This document shows positions 29,086 to 39,242 of a DNA stretch of 64,000 nucleotides, piece by piece. Numbering within the stretch: position 1 is the stretch's first letter; every line of letters begins with the position of its first letter. A model generated the notes under the pieces. The model saw only the letters and a program-made list of their open reading frames with translations. It was not told the origin of the DNA and did no database searches. The stretch is from an uncultured delta proteobacterium (GTDB lineage Bacteria > Myxococcota_A > UBA9160 > UBA4427). Location of the stretch: positions 480,001 to 544,000 of the forward strand of contig CAWGJT010000006.1 of the NCBI GenBank assembly GCA_963822965.1. The letters are read 5' to 3'. The translations under genes were made by a program, and so were the position numbers.

Positions 29086-29207
29086 TCGGCCCCCTCGAAT
29101 GCGGTCGTGGATGATTAGGGGTCCTAACCAGCTGCTAGAGTTCTACCCCCATCCCGGCTGACGGGCAACCGGGAACCGACGCGAAGCGGACAGAGGAGAG
29201 ACGAGCC

Positions 29208-29651
29208 ATGGCGGAACGCCGCCCCCTCCCGGAGCCCACCCCGGAGACCCGGCACTTCTGGGACGGCACGCGCGCGGGCCAGCTACGGCTCCAGCGCTGC
29301 CAGGCTTGTGCGCACGTCTACTTTCCGCCGCGTCCGTTCTGCGCGAAGTGCGGCTCGCGGTCCGTCGCGGTCTTCCGGGCCAGCGGCCGGGGCACCCTCC
29401 ACAGCTACGTCATCAACCAGCGCGCGATGCCGGGCTCGGGCTTCGAGGCGCCGTACGCCATTGCGGTCGTCGCCCTCGAGGAGGGCCCCCGCATGATGTC
29501 GAACATCGTCGGATGCCCGCAGACCCCCGAGGCGCTCATCCTCGACATGCCGCTCGAGGTGGTCTTCGAGCCCGTCAACGACGAGATCTCGCTGCCCCTC
29601 TTCCGCCCGGTGCCGCTGGCGGCCAGCCTCGGTGGCGTGGTGGCCGCGTGA
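29208..29651 (+). CDS. DUF35 Zn-ribbon/OB-fold protein
   Basis: FW, CQAC...FPPR.FC.KCGS, LEEGPRMMSNIV. Confidence 0.92.
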   Translation: MAERRPLPEPTPETRHFWDGTRAGQLRLQRCQACAHVYFPPRPFCAKCGSRSVAVFRASGRGTLHSYVINQRAMPGSGFEAPYAIAVVALEEGPRMMSNIVGCPQTPEALILDMPLEVVFEPVNDEISLPLFRPVPLAASLGGVVAA

Positions 29652-30790
29652 AGCCGGGAAGCGTCGCCATCGTCGGCGCGGCCGAGACGACCGAGCTCGG
29701 CCGCATTCCGGACCTGTCGGTCCTGCAGCTGCACGCGGACGCCGCCCTGAACACGCTGGCGGACGCGGGGCTCTCGCCCGCGGACATCGACGGCGTGGGC
29801 ACGGCGGGCGTCTCCCCCACCGAGATCGCCTACTACCTGGGCATCGAGCCCACCTGGGTCGACGGCACCATGGTGGGGGGCTGCTCGTTCATGCTGCTGG
29901 TGCGCCACGCCGCCGCCGCCATTCGCGAGGGCCTCTGCCGTACGGTCCTCATCACCCACGGCGAGAGCGGGAAGTCGCGGGTCGGCGCGGCGCGACGCGC
30001 GCTCTCCCCCACCTCGCTGCAGGGCCAGTTCGAGGCGCCGTACGGCCCGGCGGGACCGACCACCCTGTTCACGATTCCGGCGCTCCGCTACATGAAGGAC
30101 TTCGGGCTGACGGAGGAGAAGCTCGCCTACGTGGCCGTGGTCCAGCGCGAGTGGGCCGCGAAGAACCCGCGCGCGAGCTTCCAGGACCCCATCACCGTCG
30201 AAGACGTCCTGGGCTCGCGCATGATCGCCTACCCGTTCCGCCTGCTGATGTGCTGCCTGGTGACCGACGGCGGCGGCGCCCTCATCCTGACGTCCGCCGA
30301 GCGGGCGAAGGACTTCCCGCGTCCCCCGATCTACGTCCTGGGCACCGGCGAGAGCGTCGAGACGCCGATGGTGAGCCAGATGGAGGACCTCACCACGTCG
30401 AAGGCCTTCCGCATCTCCGGCCGCAAGGCCTTCGAAGAGGCCGGCATTCGCCACGACGACGTCGATCACCTGATGATCTACGACGCCTTCGCGCACCTGC
30501 CCATCTACGGCCTGGAAGACCTGGGCTTCGTGGGCCGCGGCGAGGCCGCCGACTTCATCTGGGAGCGCAACACCGCGATCGGCGGTCGCCTGCCGCTCAA
30601 CACGAACGGCGGCGGTCTCTCCTACATGCATTCGGGGATGTACGGCATGTACGCCCTGCAGGAGTCGGTGCGGCAGCTGCGCGGCGTCGCCCCCGCGCAG
30701 GTCCCCGACGCGAAGATCTCCATCGCCCACGGCGTGGGCGGCATGTTCGCGGCCTCGGGAACCATCGTGCTGGGAAACGAGGTGCCCTGA
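29648..30790 (+). CDS. SCP-x/Ltp-like thiolase-superfamily protein
   Basis: AIVGAAET, GGCSF, CCLVTDGGGA, IYDAF, LNTNGGGLS; GTGA overlap with DUF35. Confidence 0.9.
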   Translation: MKPGSVAIVGAAETTELGRIPDLSVLQLHADAALNTLADAGLSPADIDGVGTAGVSPTEIAYYLGIEPTWVDGTMVGGCSFMLLVRHAAAAIREGLCRTVLITHGESGKSRVGAARRALSPTSLQGQFEAPYGPAGPTTLFTIPALRYMKDFGLTEEKLAYVAVVQREWAAKNPRASFQDPITVEDVLGSRMIAYPFRLLMCCLVTDGGGALILTSAERAKDFPRPPIYVLGTGESVETPMVSQMEDLTTSKAFRISGRKAFEEAGIRHDDVDHLMIYDAFAHLPIYGLEDLGFVGRGEAADFIWERNTAIGGRLPLNTNGGGLSYMHSGMYGMYALQESVRQLRGVAPAQVPDAKISIAHGVGGMFAASGTIVLGNEVP

Positions 30791-30818
30791 CGAAGACGAA
30801 GACGAAGGAGGAGGAACC

Positions 30819-31736
30819 ATGGGCCGACTGGACGGACGCGTCGCCGTCGTCACGGGTGCGGGACGGGGCATCGGCGCCTCGCTGGCGCGCATCATGGCCG
30901 CCGAGGGCTGCGCGGTGCTCGTGAACGACCTGGGCGTCTCGCTGGAAGGCAGCGGAGAGGACGCCGCACCCGCCGAGCAGGTGGTGCAGGAGATCGTGGC
31001 CGCCGGCGGGGTCGCACGGGCGAGCTTCGCCGACGTGGCGGACCACCACGCGGCGCTCGGCATCGTCGAGACGGCCGTCGAGGAGTTCGGCCAGCTGGAC
31101 GTGCTGGTCAACGTGGCGGGCATCCTGCGCGACCGAATGATCTTCAACATGAGCGAGGAGGAGTGGGACGCGGTCGTCCGGGTGCATCTCAAGGGCACCT
31201 TCAACACCTGCAAGCACGCCTCGGTGTACTGGCGCAAGGAGCGCCGCGGCCAGTACCGCATCGTCAACTTCACGTCGGGATCGGGCCTGCACGGCGCGCC
31301 CGGCCAGCCCAACTACGCCGCCGCCAAGCTCGGCATCGTGGGACTGACCTACTCCCTGGCGAACGCCCTGGGCGCCTACGGGGTGACCGCCAACGCCATC
31401 GCCCCGGGCGCCGCCACGCGCATGACGGCCTCGATTCCCGACGAGCGCCGGCGCAACCTGGGCATCACCCAGGACGATCCCCGCCGCTCCCCGGACAACA
31501 TCGCTCCGCCGGTGGTGTACCTGGCGAGCACCGCGTCCGACTGGCTCACCGGCCGGGTGATCGGCGCCTCGGGCTATCGCATCTCGCTCTACAGCAACCC
31601 CGAGGTGATCCGCGAGATCTCGTCGCCCGTGCCCTGGAGCCTGGACGACGCCTTCGCGCACATGGAGCGCGCGTTCCGCCCCGCCGTGGAGGGCCGCCGG
31701 GGCTTCGGCGCGCCGGGCAGGCCGAGCCGGGTCTGA
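30819..31736 (+). CDS. Short-chain dehydrogenase/reductase
   Basis: TGAGRGIG, VNDLG, NVAGILRD, NYAAAK. Confidence 0.95.
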   Translation: MGRLDGRVAVVTGAGRGIGASLARIMAAEGCAVLVNDLGVSLEGSGEDAAPAEQVVQEIVAAGGVARASFADVADHHAALGIVETAVEEFGQLDVLVNVAGILRDRMIFNMSEEEWDAVVRVHLKGTFNTCKHASVYWRKERRGQYRIVNFTSGSGLHGAPGQPNYAAAKLGIVGLTYSLANALGAYGVTANAIAPGAATRMTASIPDERRRNLGITQDDPRRSPDNIAPPVVYLASTASDWLTGRVIGASGYRISLYSNPEVIREISSPVPWSLDDAFAHMERAFRPAVEGRRGFGAPGRPSRV

Positions 31737-31787
31737 ACGCAGCGGTCGACACCGGCTTCGCGGGCGCCCCCGGCAAACCGGCCGTCT

Positions 31788-32060
31788 CTAGCCGCTTCGG
31801 ATGAAGCGATCGAAGATCGAGGGAAGGCGGTGCTTGACGAGCACCAGCACGGCGAAGAGGAAGAGCTCCTCGACCAGGAACTGGAACCCGCCGAGCAGCC
31901 CCACGACCACCAGCCCCCCCTGGATCCCGGAAGCCCAGACGAAGTCCTGCAGCTGATCCCGGCAGATGTCGCAGACGGGAATGCGGAAGAGCCGCACACC
32001 CGTATGCATGCGGCAGAAGAGACACCGCCAGGGTCGCGTCTCGATCGGTTCGTCGGCCAC
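31788..32060 (-). CDS. Small hypothetical membrane protein with two CxxC motifs
   Basis: CLFC...CDIC followed by two hydrophobic helices; GGAG upstream. Confidence 0.55.
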   Translation of the reverse strand: MADEPIETRPWRCLFCRMHTGVRLFRIPVCDICRDQLQDFVWASGIQGGLVVVGLLGGFQFLVEELFLFAVLVLVKHRLPSIFDRFIRSG

Positions 32061-32187
32061 GTCACACCCTCCCCGCTCCGGCGACCCGGAACCCCGAACC
32101 CCGGCGCCGGCCTGGCTAGCGGAGGGAGCCCGCTGGGCTCCTCTTGCTGCGGAACCGCGACCCGAGATTTCATCTTGGGTCGCGCTC

Positions 32188-34539
32188 CTAGATCTCGACC
32201 CCGCGCAGCCGGAGCGCGTTTCCGATCACCGAGACCGAGCTCAGGCTCATCGCCGCGGCCGCGATCATCGGATTGAGCAGGATGCCCAGCTCGGGATACA
32301 GCACGCCTGCGGCCAGGGGGACGCCGAGCGCGTTGTAGACGAACGCGAAGAACAGGTTCTGGCGGATGTTGGACATCGTGAGATGGCTCAGGCGACGAGC
32401 CCGCAGGATGCCCCGCAAGTCGCCCCGCACCAGGGTGACCCCGGCACTCTCCATGGCCACGTCCGTACCGGTGCCCATGGCGATCCCCACGTGGGCCTGC
32501 GCGAGGGCCGGCGCGTCGTTGACGCCGTCTCCGGCCATCGCGACGACGCGCCCCTCGGCCTGGAGCCTTCGCACGGCCTCCCTCTTCTGCTCCGGCAGGA
32601 CGTCCGCCATCACTTCGTCGAGCCCGAGCCGCTTCGCCACGGCCAGGGCGGTGGTCCGGTTGTCGCCCGTCATCACGACGACGCGGATGCCCTCCCGGTG
32701 GAGACCTTCCACCGCGTCGGGCGTCGACTCCTTGATCGGGTCCGCCACCCCCAAGAGCCCGGCGAGGACGCCGTCCACGGCCAGGAACATCACGGTCTGG
32801 GCCTCGGCCCGCATCCCCTCCGCCGCCTCCGCGAGTGCGCCGACCTCGGTACCGAGCTCCTCCATGAGCTTCCGGTTGCCGATCCCCACCTCGCGCCCGC
32901 CCATGCGGCCGACGACGCCCCGACCCGTTCGCGAGTCGAAGTCCGTGGCGTCCGCGAGCGCCACCTGGCGGTCGGCGGCCCCCGCCACGATGGCCTGGGC
33001 CAGGGGATGCTCGCTGGCGCGCTCGAGCGAAGCCGAGAGCCGCAGCACCTCGTCCTCCACGAAGCCCTCCGCGGGCACGATCCCGACGAGCCGCGGCCTG
33101 CCCTCCGTGAGCGTTCCCGTCTTGTCGACGACGAGGGTGTCCACGTCTCGCAGGAGCTCGATGGCCTCCGCGTTCCGGAACAGCACACCCACCGTCGCCG
33201 CCTTCCCCGTCGCGACCATGATCGACATGGGCGTCGCCAGGCCCAGCGCACAGGGGCACGCGATGATGAGAACGGCCACGGCGTTGATGAGGGCGTACGC
33301 CATCCGGGGCTCGGGGCCGTAGACGGCCCAGACGATGAACGTCCCGACCGAGATGCCGATCACCGTCGGCACGAAGTACCCCGCCACCACGTCCGCGAGC
33401 CGCTGGATGGGCGCACGACTCCGCTGGGCGTCGGCCACCATCTGGACGATCCGGGCGAGGAGGGTCTCGGAGCCGACCCGCTCGGCGCGGATGAGAAGCG
33501 AGCCCGTGCCGTTCACCGTGGCCCCGGTCACGTCGTCGCCCTCGCGCTTCGTGACCGGAATGGGCTCGCCGGTGATCATCGACTCGTCGATGGCGCTCCC
33601 GCCCTCGAGAACGATCCCGTCGACCGGCACCTTCTCACCGGGCCGAACGCGCAGGCGGTCGCCCACGACCACGGCGTCGAGCGGGACGTCCTCCTCCGAC
33701 CCGTCGTCGTTCACGCGGCGCGCCGTCTTGGGCGCGAGCCCGAGCAGCGCGCGGATCGCCGCGCCCGTCTGGCTGCGCGCCCGCAGCTCGAGCACCTGTC
33801 CCAGCAGCACCAGGGTGACGATCACCGCCGCAGCCTCGAAGTAGACGGCCACCTGGCCGTCGGGGCCGCGGAACGAGTCGGGAAAGGCTCCCGGAAGCAG
33901 CGCCGCGAACGTGCTGTAGAGCCAAGAGGTCCCGGTCCCGACGGCGATCAGCGTGAACATGTTGAGGTGGAGCGAGCGAAGGGATGCCCAGCCCCGGACG
34001 AAGAACGGCCAACCGCCCCAGAGGACGACCGGCGTCCCCAGTCCGAGCTGCACCCAAACCAGGGTCCGCGACGAGAAGCGGGCCGCCAGGTCGACCCCGG
34101 GCACCATCTCGGACATCGCGATCCCGAACACCGGAAGCGTCAGGAGCAGGCTGAACCAGAAGCGCCGCGTCATGTCCGCGAGCTCGGGGTTCTCCGCCTC
34201 CTCCTCGCCGAGGCCCATCGGCTCCAGGGCCATGCCGCAGATCGGGCACGGGCCGGGCTCGTCCCGCACGATCTCGGGGTGCATGGGGCAGGTCCAACGG
34301 GAGACGCCCGCGGACGTCCCCGCAGATTCGGGTGCGCTCGACTCTCGGGAGCCTTCGCCCAGGAAGTGCTCGGGATCGGTTCGGAACCGGGACAGGCAGC
34401 CTTCCGAGCAGAAGTGGTAGGTCGTTCCGGCATGCGCGTGCTGGTGCGGACCGGACGGGTCGACCGACATTCCACATACCGGATCGCGCGCCGCGTCTGT
34501 AGGGGACTTCACACGAGCAGCCTCCGATGTCGAGCCCAT
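32188..34539 (-). CDS. copA: Cu(I)/Ag(I)-translocating P1B ATPase with N-terminal YHS and heavy-metal-binding domains
   Basis: DPVCGM..YHFCS (YHS), [37 protein letters not shown] and MSLSS motifs. Confidence 0.95.
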   Translation of the reverse strand: MGSTSEAARVKSPTDAARDPVCGMSVDPSGPHQHAHAGTTYHFCSEGCLSRFRTDPEHFLGEGSRESSAPESAGTSAGVSRWTCPMHPEIVRDEPGPCPICGMALEPMGLGEEEAENPELADMTRRFWFSLLLTLPVFGIAMSEMVPGVDLAARFSSRTLVWVQLGLGTPVVLWGGWPFFVRGWASLRSLHLNMFTLIAVGTGTSWLYSTFAALLPGAFPDSFRGPDGQVAVYFEAAAVIVTLVLLGQVLELRARSQTGAAIRALLGLAPKTARRVNDDGSEEDVPLDAVVVGDRLRVRPGEKVPVDGIVLEGGSAIDESMITGEPIPVTKREGDDVTGATVNGTGSLLIRAERVGSETLLARIVQMVADAQRSRAPIQRLADVVAGYFVPTVIGISVGTFIVWAVYGPEPRMAYALINAVAVLIIACPCALGLATPMSIMVATGKAATVGVLFRNAEAIELLRDVDTLVVDKTGTLTEGRPRLVGIVPAEGFVEDEVLRLSASLERASEHPLAQAIVAGAADRQVALADATDFDSRTGRGVVGRMGGREVGIGNRKLMEELGTEVGALAEAAEGMRAEAQTVMFLAVDGVLAGLLGVADPIKESTPDAVEGLHREGIRVVVMTGDNRTTALAVAKRLGLDEVMADVLPEQKREAVRRLQAEGRVVAMAGDGVNDAPALAQAHVGIAMGTGTDVAMESAGVTLVRGDLRGILRARRLSHLTMSNIRQNLFFAFVYNALGVPLAAGVLYPELGILLNPMIAAAAMSLSSVSVIGNALRLRGVEI

Positions 34540-34542
34540 CGT

Positions 34543-35271
34543 TCAGATCTCCCTCGCCCCGAGAGCGAGCAGCGAACGGAGCCGGATGCCAACTGCCACG
34601 CCCGCATACGCACCGCCGCCGGTGCCCACGAGCCAGCCCAGAAAGACGCCCCAGGACGTCCCCACGGACTGCAGGGCGACGCCGGGAGAGAGGAGCAGCA
34701 GCAGCATCGCCGCCGGGAGCAGCGGACGAACGGAGGACCGCGCTCCGCCACCCAGCCCGACGAATGCCGCGACGGCCCCGAAGAACAGTGACGTGAAGAT
34801 GCCGAAGCACAGCGCGCTCAGCGGGGGCCCGCCGATCGATTCGAGCTCGAGGCCCGCGAGCGTCACCGACCACCAGCGCAGGAAGTGCTGATCGGGGCAC
34901 ACCGCGCCGCAGATCCCCGCGAGCCCCAACCCGAGGACACCGACGCAGGCCGCGCGGGCGAGGGGAAGCGATGGCGTCCTCACCCCCAGGAAGACGAGGG
35001 ACAGGCTCACCACGAGGAGCCCGGCCCACACCGACGCGAAGACCGAGACGTGCCAGGGTGCATGGTGGCCGAAGGGGTGGCCGGAGACCATCAGGGTGGC
35101 ACCCACGGCGCCCACGATCCCGACCCCGCCCGCACCCGCGAGAAGGCGCGCCGTGCGCCCTCCGCGCAGATCGACGTCGTGCTGGATCGAGGCGAGGATC
35201 CCCGAACGGACGCCTTCTCGCAGCTCCGCGGACGTGCGCCCCGACTCTACCGTTTCTCCCATCATAGCCAT
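34543..35271 (-). CDS. Putative multi-pass membrane anti-sigma factor with Cys/His motifs
   Basis: Directly after the ECF sigma; about 6 TM helices; GHPFGHH, CGAVCPDQH. Confidence 0.6.
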   Translation of the reverse strand: MAMMGETVESGRTSAELREGVRSGILASIQHDVDLRGGRTARLLAGAGGVGIVGAVGATLMVSGHPFGHHAPWHVSVFASVWAGLLVVSLSLVFLGVRTPSLPLARAACVGVLGLGLAGICGAVCPDQHFLRWWSVTLAGLELESIGGPPLSALCFGIFTSLFFGAVAAFVGLGGGARSSVRPLLPAAMLLLLLSPGVALQSVGTSWGVFLGWLVGTGGGAYAGVAVGIRLRSLLALGAREI

Positions 35272-35281
35272 CTCTCCCCAC

Positions 35282-35833
35282 CTACCCGTCGTGAATCCCC
35301 TCGGCCGGGCACGCACCATCTCGTAGCCGCCGCATGGCGCGGGACGCCATCTTCCTCACGGCAACGACCGACCGACCCAGGTCCTCGGCGAGGTCCGGGT
35401 ACCCGACGCCTCCGACCTTCGCGGTGACGAGCACGTAGCGCTCTTCCGGAGACAGGCCCTCGAGGAGCCGAGCCACCTGCTCGCGAAGCGCCAGCCGCTC
35501 TTCGCTGCCCTGCACGTCCCCCGGCGATTCCGACTCCTGGAGGGGAACTTCCTGGGCGCGGAATGCGCGACGCGCGTCATCGACCAGCAGTCGATAGGCG
35601 ATCTGGAAGAACCATGGCGTGAAGGGCCGGCTGGCGTCGTAGTCGTGGCGCGCGCGATGGATGCGGAGGAAGAGAAGCTGATAGAGATCTTCGGCGCGCT
35701 CCGGCGAGCTGGTCCGCTTCAGGAAGTATGCGTAGGCCCGGAGCTCGTAGCGCCGAAAGAGCTCTTCGAACGCCCGCGCATCGCCGTCCGCGTAGCGAGA
35801 CATCAGGGTCTCGTCCCTCACGGTGCGCCACAT
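35282..35833 (-). CDS. ECF RNA polymerase sigma factor
   Basis: DETLM..YADGD..AFEELF, AEDLYQ, F.PWFFQIA, region 4 LSPEER...YPDLAEDLG. Confidence 0.93.
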   Translation of the reverse strand: MWRTVRDETLMSRYADGDARAFEELFRRYELRAYAYFLKRTSSPERAEDLYQLLFLRIHRARHDYDASRPFTPWFFQIAYRLLVDDARRAFRAQEVPLQESESPGDVQGSEERLALREQVARLLEGLSPEERYVLVTAKVGGVGYPDLAEDLGRSVVAVRKMASRAMRRLRDGACPAEGIHDG

Positions 35834-35867
35834 CTGTCCTTCCCCCCTCGGAGGTCGACTCCAGACC

Positions 35868-35894
35868 ATACGTGCTGGCGGCGCCAATGGTGAC
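35868..35894 (-). promoter_or_regulatory. Putative ECF autoregulatory promoter
   Basis: Minus strand GTCACC-N16-CGTAT, 34 nt upstream of the ECF start. Confidence 0.7.
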
Positions 35895-36009
35895 GCCGGG
35901 TCCCCGACCCGAGGAGAGGACGAACGCGCGGACGGCTCGGGTCGATCGGGCTCGGAGCTCTCTGTCATCTCGGCTCTCCTCTTCGGGTCCACGCGACTCG
36001 ACCGCTCCT

Positions 36010-38469
36010 CTACGCGCGCGACGCCTCGGGAAGAACCTCCTGCCGAGCGGGCTCGGCCTCCTCGACCGGCGTCACCGGCATGGCGCGCGGCCCGCCGCCG
36101 GGCTCGAGCCGCAGCAGCTCGCCTTCGTGCTCGATCTCGAGCGGTTCTCCCTCGAGCAGCTCGTAGGTCGCGCGCTCCTGCCCGAGATCGACCTCGAAGA
36201 GCGAGCCGCGCACCCGCAGGCGGAAGCGCAGGCGCCGCCAGCCCCGGGGAAGTACCGGCCGGAAGCGGGGCACTCCCCCATGGTCGCGCAATCCCGCGAA
36301 TCCGTGCACCAGCGTCATCCAGGTGCCGCCCAGGGATGCCACGTGCAGACCGTCGCGGACGTTGCCGCCGACGTCGCCCAGGTCCATGGCGACGGCGTCA
36401 GCGAAGTAGCGGCAGGCCCTGTCGCAGTAGCCCAGCTCCGCCGCCACGATGCTCTGGATGCAGACCGAGAGGGAGGAATCGCCGGTCGTCAGGGGATCGT
36501 AGTAGTCGAAGATCCGCTGCTTCTCCTCCCGGCTGAAGTGCTCCCCCAGCAGGAAGGCGGCGAGCACCATGTCCGCCTGCTTGATCACCTGATGGCGATA
36601 GATGACGAGCGGGTGATAGTGGAGGAGGAGCGGGTACTGGTCTGCCGGGGTGCCCTCGAAGTCCCAGGGCTCCCGGTCGAGGAATCCGTCGTCCTGGAGG
36701 TGCACCCCCGCCTCGTCGTCGTAGGGCAGGTACATCCGATCGGCGGCACGCCCCCATTCGTCGAGCTCCGAGAGGTCGAGCGCGGTCGACTCGACGAGAC
36801 GCGCATACGCGTCCGGCGCCCGCTCTCGCAGCAGCTCCACCGCACCGATGGCGATCCGCAGGTTCTCCTGGGCCATGAGGTTCGTGTACGCGTTGTTGTT
36901 CACCACGGTGTTGTACTCGTCGGGGCCCGTCACGCCGTTGATGCAGAAGCGCCCGTCCTTTCGCTCCGAGTAGAAGCCGAGATCGGCCCACAGGCGGGCG
37001 GTCTCCACCGCCATCTCCGCGAAGCCGTGCCCGAGGAAATCGAGGTCGCCGGTGAGCTGGGTGTAGCGCTGGGCGGCGAAGACGATGTCCGCGTCGATGT
37101 GGTACTGCGCCGTGCTCGCCGCGTAGTAGGCCGAGGCCTCTTCCCCGTTGATCGTCCGCCAGGGGAAGAGCGCGCCCTTCTGGCCCACCTCCCGGGCGCG
37201 CCGGCGAGCGCTGTCGAGCTGCGCATAGCGGTGCTCGAGCAGGCTCCGCGCCACGTGGGGCCGCGTGTAGAGGAGGAAGGGCAGCAGGTAGATCTCCGTG
37301 TCCCAGAAGTAGTGCCCCTCGTAGCCCAGGCCGGTGAGACCCTTCGCGGGAACGCCGAAGCCCTCGGCCCGTGCCGTGGCCTGCAGGATCTGGAACAGGT
37401 TGAACCGGACCGCTTGCTGCACCTCGGGAGCGTCCTCGACCTGCACGTCGCTCGACCGCCAGAACTCGTCCACCCTGGCGCGCTGCTCGGCCTCGATGCG
37501 CTCGAAGCCGGCCTCGAGGGCCCGATCGAGCGTGCGGTTCGTGCGGAAGCGCAGCTCGCCCGCATCGGCCGTCTCGGAGTGGTGATAGGCCAGCGCCTTG
37601 AAGATCCGGAGCCCCTGGCCCTTCCCGAGCTTGCTGCGAAACACCACACGGCCCCGGTCCTCGAGGCAGTCGGCCTCCTCCACGGACACGTCGGTGTCCG
37701 CGCTCAGCGCGTGGTCCATCGCGCAGGCCATTCGAAGGCCGCTGGCGCGCGTCTCGAGGTTCAGGAGCACGCGCCGATCGCGGGCCCGGTGCTCGGTCGC
37801 CACCAGCGGATGCCCGTCGAGCTGGCTCGGAACACGGGGATCGCCGCTGGACGCGGGGACTTCGTCCGGCGCGACCAGCTCGGAGGAGATCGTGACGTCC
37901 GCCTGTCCGTCGACGACCTCGACCTCGTAGCGAATGCAGACCAGGTGGCGGTGCTCCAGCGACGCGAAGCGGCGCGAACGCACGACGAGCCGCTTGCGGT
38001 CGAACGTCTCGAAGACCACCTCGCGGTCGAGGGTGCCAGCCCGCAGATCGAGCGAGCGCTCGAAGGAGACGATCCGCGCCGTGCCGAGATCGAAGGGATC
38101 GTCGTCGACGTAGAGCTTGAGGAGCGTTCCGTCCGGCACGCAGAGCATGGTCTGCCCGCGCTTCGCGAAGCCATGGGCCTCCTCGCCGTAGACGATCGGC
38201 CAGGTCTCGTAGAAGCCGTTCAGATAGGTCCCGCGCTCGCGCACCGGAAGGCCCTCCTCCGGCGTCGCGCGGATTCCCAGGTAGCCGTTGCTCGTGGTGA
38301 AGAGCGCCTCGAACTGCGCCAGGAAGCGGGGCACGAAGCCGCGCTCCACGATCCGCCACGGCTCGATCGGGTAGACCTCCGGCGGAGGGAGGAGCCGGCG
38401 GCGCGAGTTCACCTGGGCCACGAGCGAGCGGGTGTCGGCGGCCGATCCGGCCGGCTCGCGGTCGCTCAC
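36010..38469 (-). CDS. Glycoside hydrolase family 65 (trehalose/kojibiose/maltose phosphorylase-like)
   Basis: SNGYLGIR, AKGLTG.GYEGHYFWDTE, VTGPDEY, VIKQAD, GDSSLS; GTGA overlap with beta-PGM. Confidence 0.95.
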   Translation of the reverse strand: MSDREPAGSAADTRSLVAQVNSRRRLLPPPEVYPIEPWRIVERGFVPRFLAQFEALFTTSNGYLGIRATPEEGLPVRERGTYLNGFYETWPIVYGEEAHGFAKRGQTMLCVPDGTLLKLYVDDDPFDLGTARIVSFERSLDLRAGTLDREVVFETFDRKRLVVRSRRFASLEHRHLVCIRYEVEVVDGQADVTISSELVAPDEVPASSGDPRVPSQLDGHPLVATEHRARDRRVLLNLETRASGLRMACAMDHALSADTDVSVEEADCLEDRGRVVFRSKLGKGQGLRIFKALAYHHSETADAGELRFRTNRTLDRALEAGFERIEAEQRARVDEFWRSSDVQVEDAPEVQQAVRFNLFQILQATARAEGFGVPAKGLTGLGYEGHYFWDTEIYLLPFLLYTRPHVARSLLEHRYAQLDSARRRAREVGQKGALFPWRTINGEEASAYYAASTAQYHIDADIVFAAQRYTQLTGDLDFLGHGFAEMAVETARLWADLGFYSERKDGRFCINGVTGPDEYNTVVNNNAYTNLMAQENLRIAIGAVELLRERAPDAYARLVESTALDLSELDEWGRAADRMYLPYDDEAGVHLQDDGFLDREPWDFEGTPADQYPLLLHYHPLVIYRHQVIKQADMVLAAFLLGEHFSREEKQRIFDYYDPLTTGDSSLSVCIQSIVAAELGYCDRACRYFADAVAMDLGDVGGNVRDGLHVASLGGTWMTLVHGFAGLRDHGGVPRFRPVLPRGWRRLRFRLRVRGSLFEVDLGQERATYELLEGEPLEIEHEGELLRLEPGGGPRAMPVTPVEEAEPARQEVLPEASRA

Positions 38470-39242
38470 GGGAGGAGCTCCGCCAGATCGGCGACCGCGA
38501 CGTCCGCGCCGGCGCCGGCCAGCTCCCCGGCATTCCCGTGGCGCGCCACGCCCACCACGAGACCGAAGCGGCCGGCTCGGCCGGCCGCCACGCCCGAGAG
38601 GGCGTCCTCGACGACGACGGCCCGCGCGGGCTTCACACCGAGCAGGCGAGCCGCCTCGAGAAACACGTCCGGAGCCGGCTTGCCGGCCAGGCCCAGGCGA
38701 TCGGCCGTCTGCCCGTCCACGCGCGCGTCGAAGAGGTCCTCCAGACCCGCCGCTCGCAGGACCTCCAGACAGTGATGACTCGACGAGACGATGGCGATCC
38801 GAAGCCCCTCGTCGCGCAGGTACTGAATCCAACGAACGGTGCCGGGATACACCTGCACCCCCTTCCTCTGCAATGCCTCCGTGAAGAACGCGTCCTTGCG
38901 CCTTGCGACACCCGCGATCGATTCCTCGCTCTCGGCCGCATCCGCGGACCCTTCCGGAAGCTCGATGCCGCGGGAGTCCAGGAAGTCGCGCACGCCGTCC
39001 CGTCGCGCCTTTCCGTCCACGTAGCGGCGGTAGTCGGCCTCGAGATCGAAGGGCTCGAAGCGAGCGCCACGCGCCCTCGCCCGCCGTTCGAGGAGCTCGT
39101 CGAACACCTGCTTCCAGCAGCGCGCGTGGACCCCTGCGGTGTCGGTCACCACTCCGTCGAGGTCGAAGAGTACGGCGTCGAACGACGCGGCGGAGACGCG
39201 CTCGACGCGCAGAGAGCGGCTTCGTCCGTCAGGACGGGGCAT
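38466..39242 (-). CDS. Beta-phosphoglucomutase-family HAD hydrolase
   Basis: FDLDGVVTDTA, YVDGK.R.DGV, VSSS, GKPAPD.F, VVEDA.SGV. Confidence 0.92.
   Translation of the reverse strand: MPRPDGRSRSLRVERVSAASFDAVLFDLDGVVTDTAGVHARCWKQVFDELLERRARARGARFEPFDLEADYRRYVDGKARRDGVRDFLDSRGIELPEGSADAAESEESIAGVARRKDAFFTEALQRKGVQVYPGTVRWIQYLRDEGLRIAIVSSSHHCLEVLRAAGLEDLFDARVDGQTADRLGLAGKPAPDVFLEAARLLGVKPARAVVVEDALSGVAAGRAGRFGLVVGVARHGNAGELAGAGADVAVADLAELLP

Noticed and set aside
30790..30815. GACGAA short tandem repeat
   Set aside because: Purine-rich spacer leading into the SDR ribosome-binding site; too short to be meaningful
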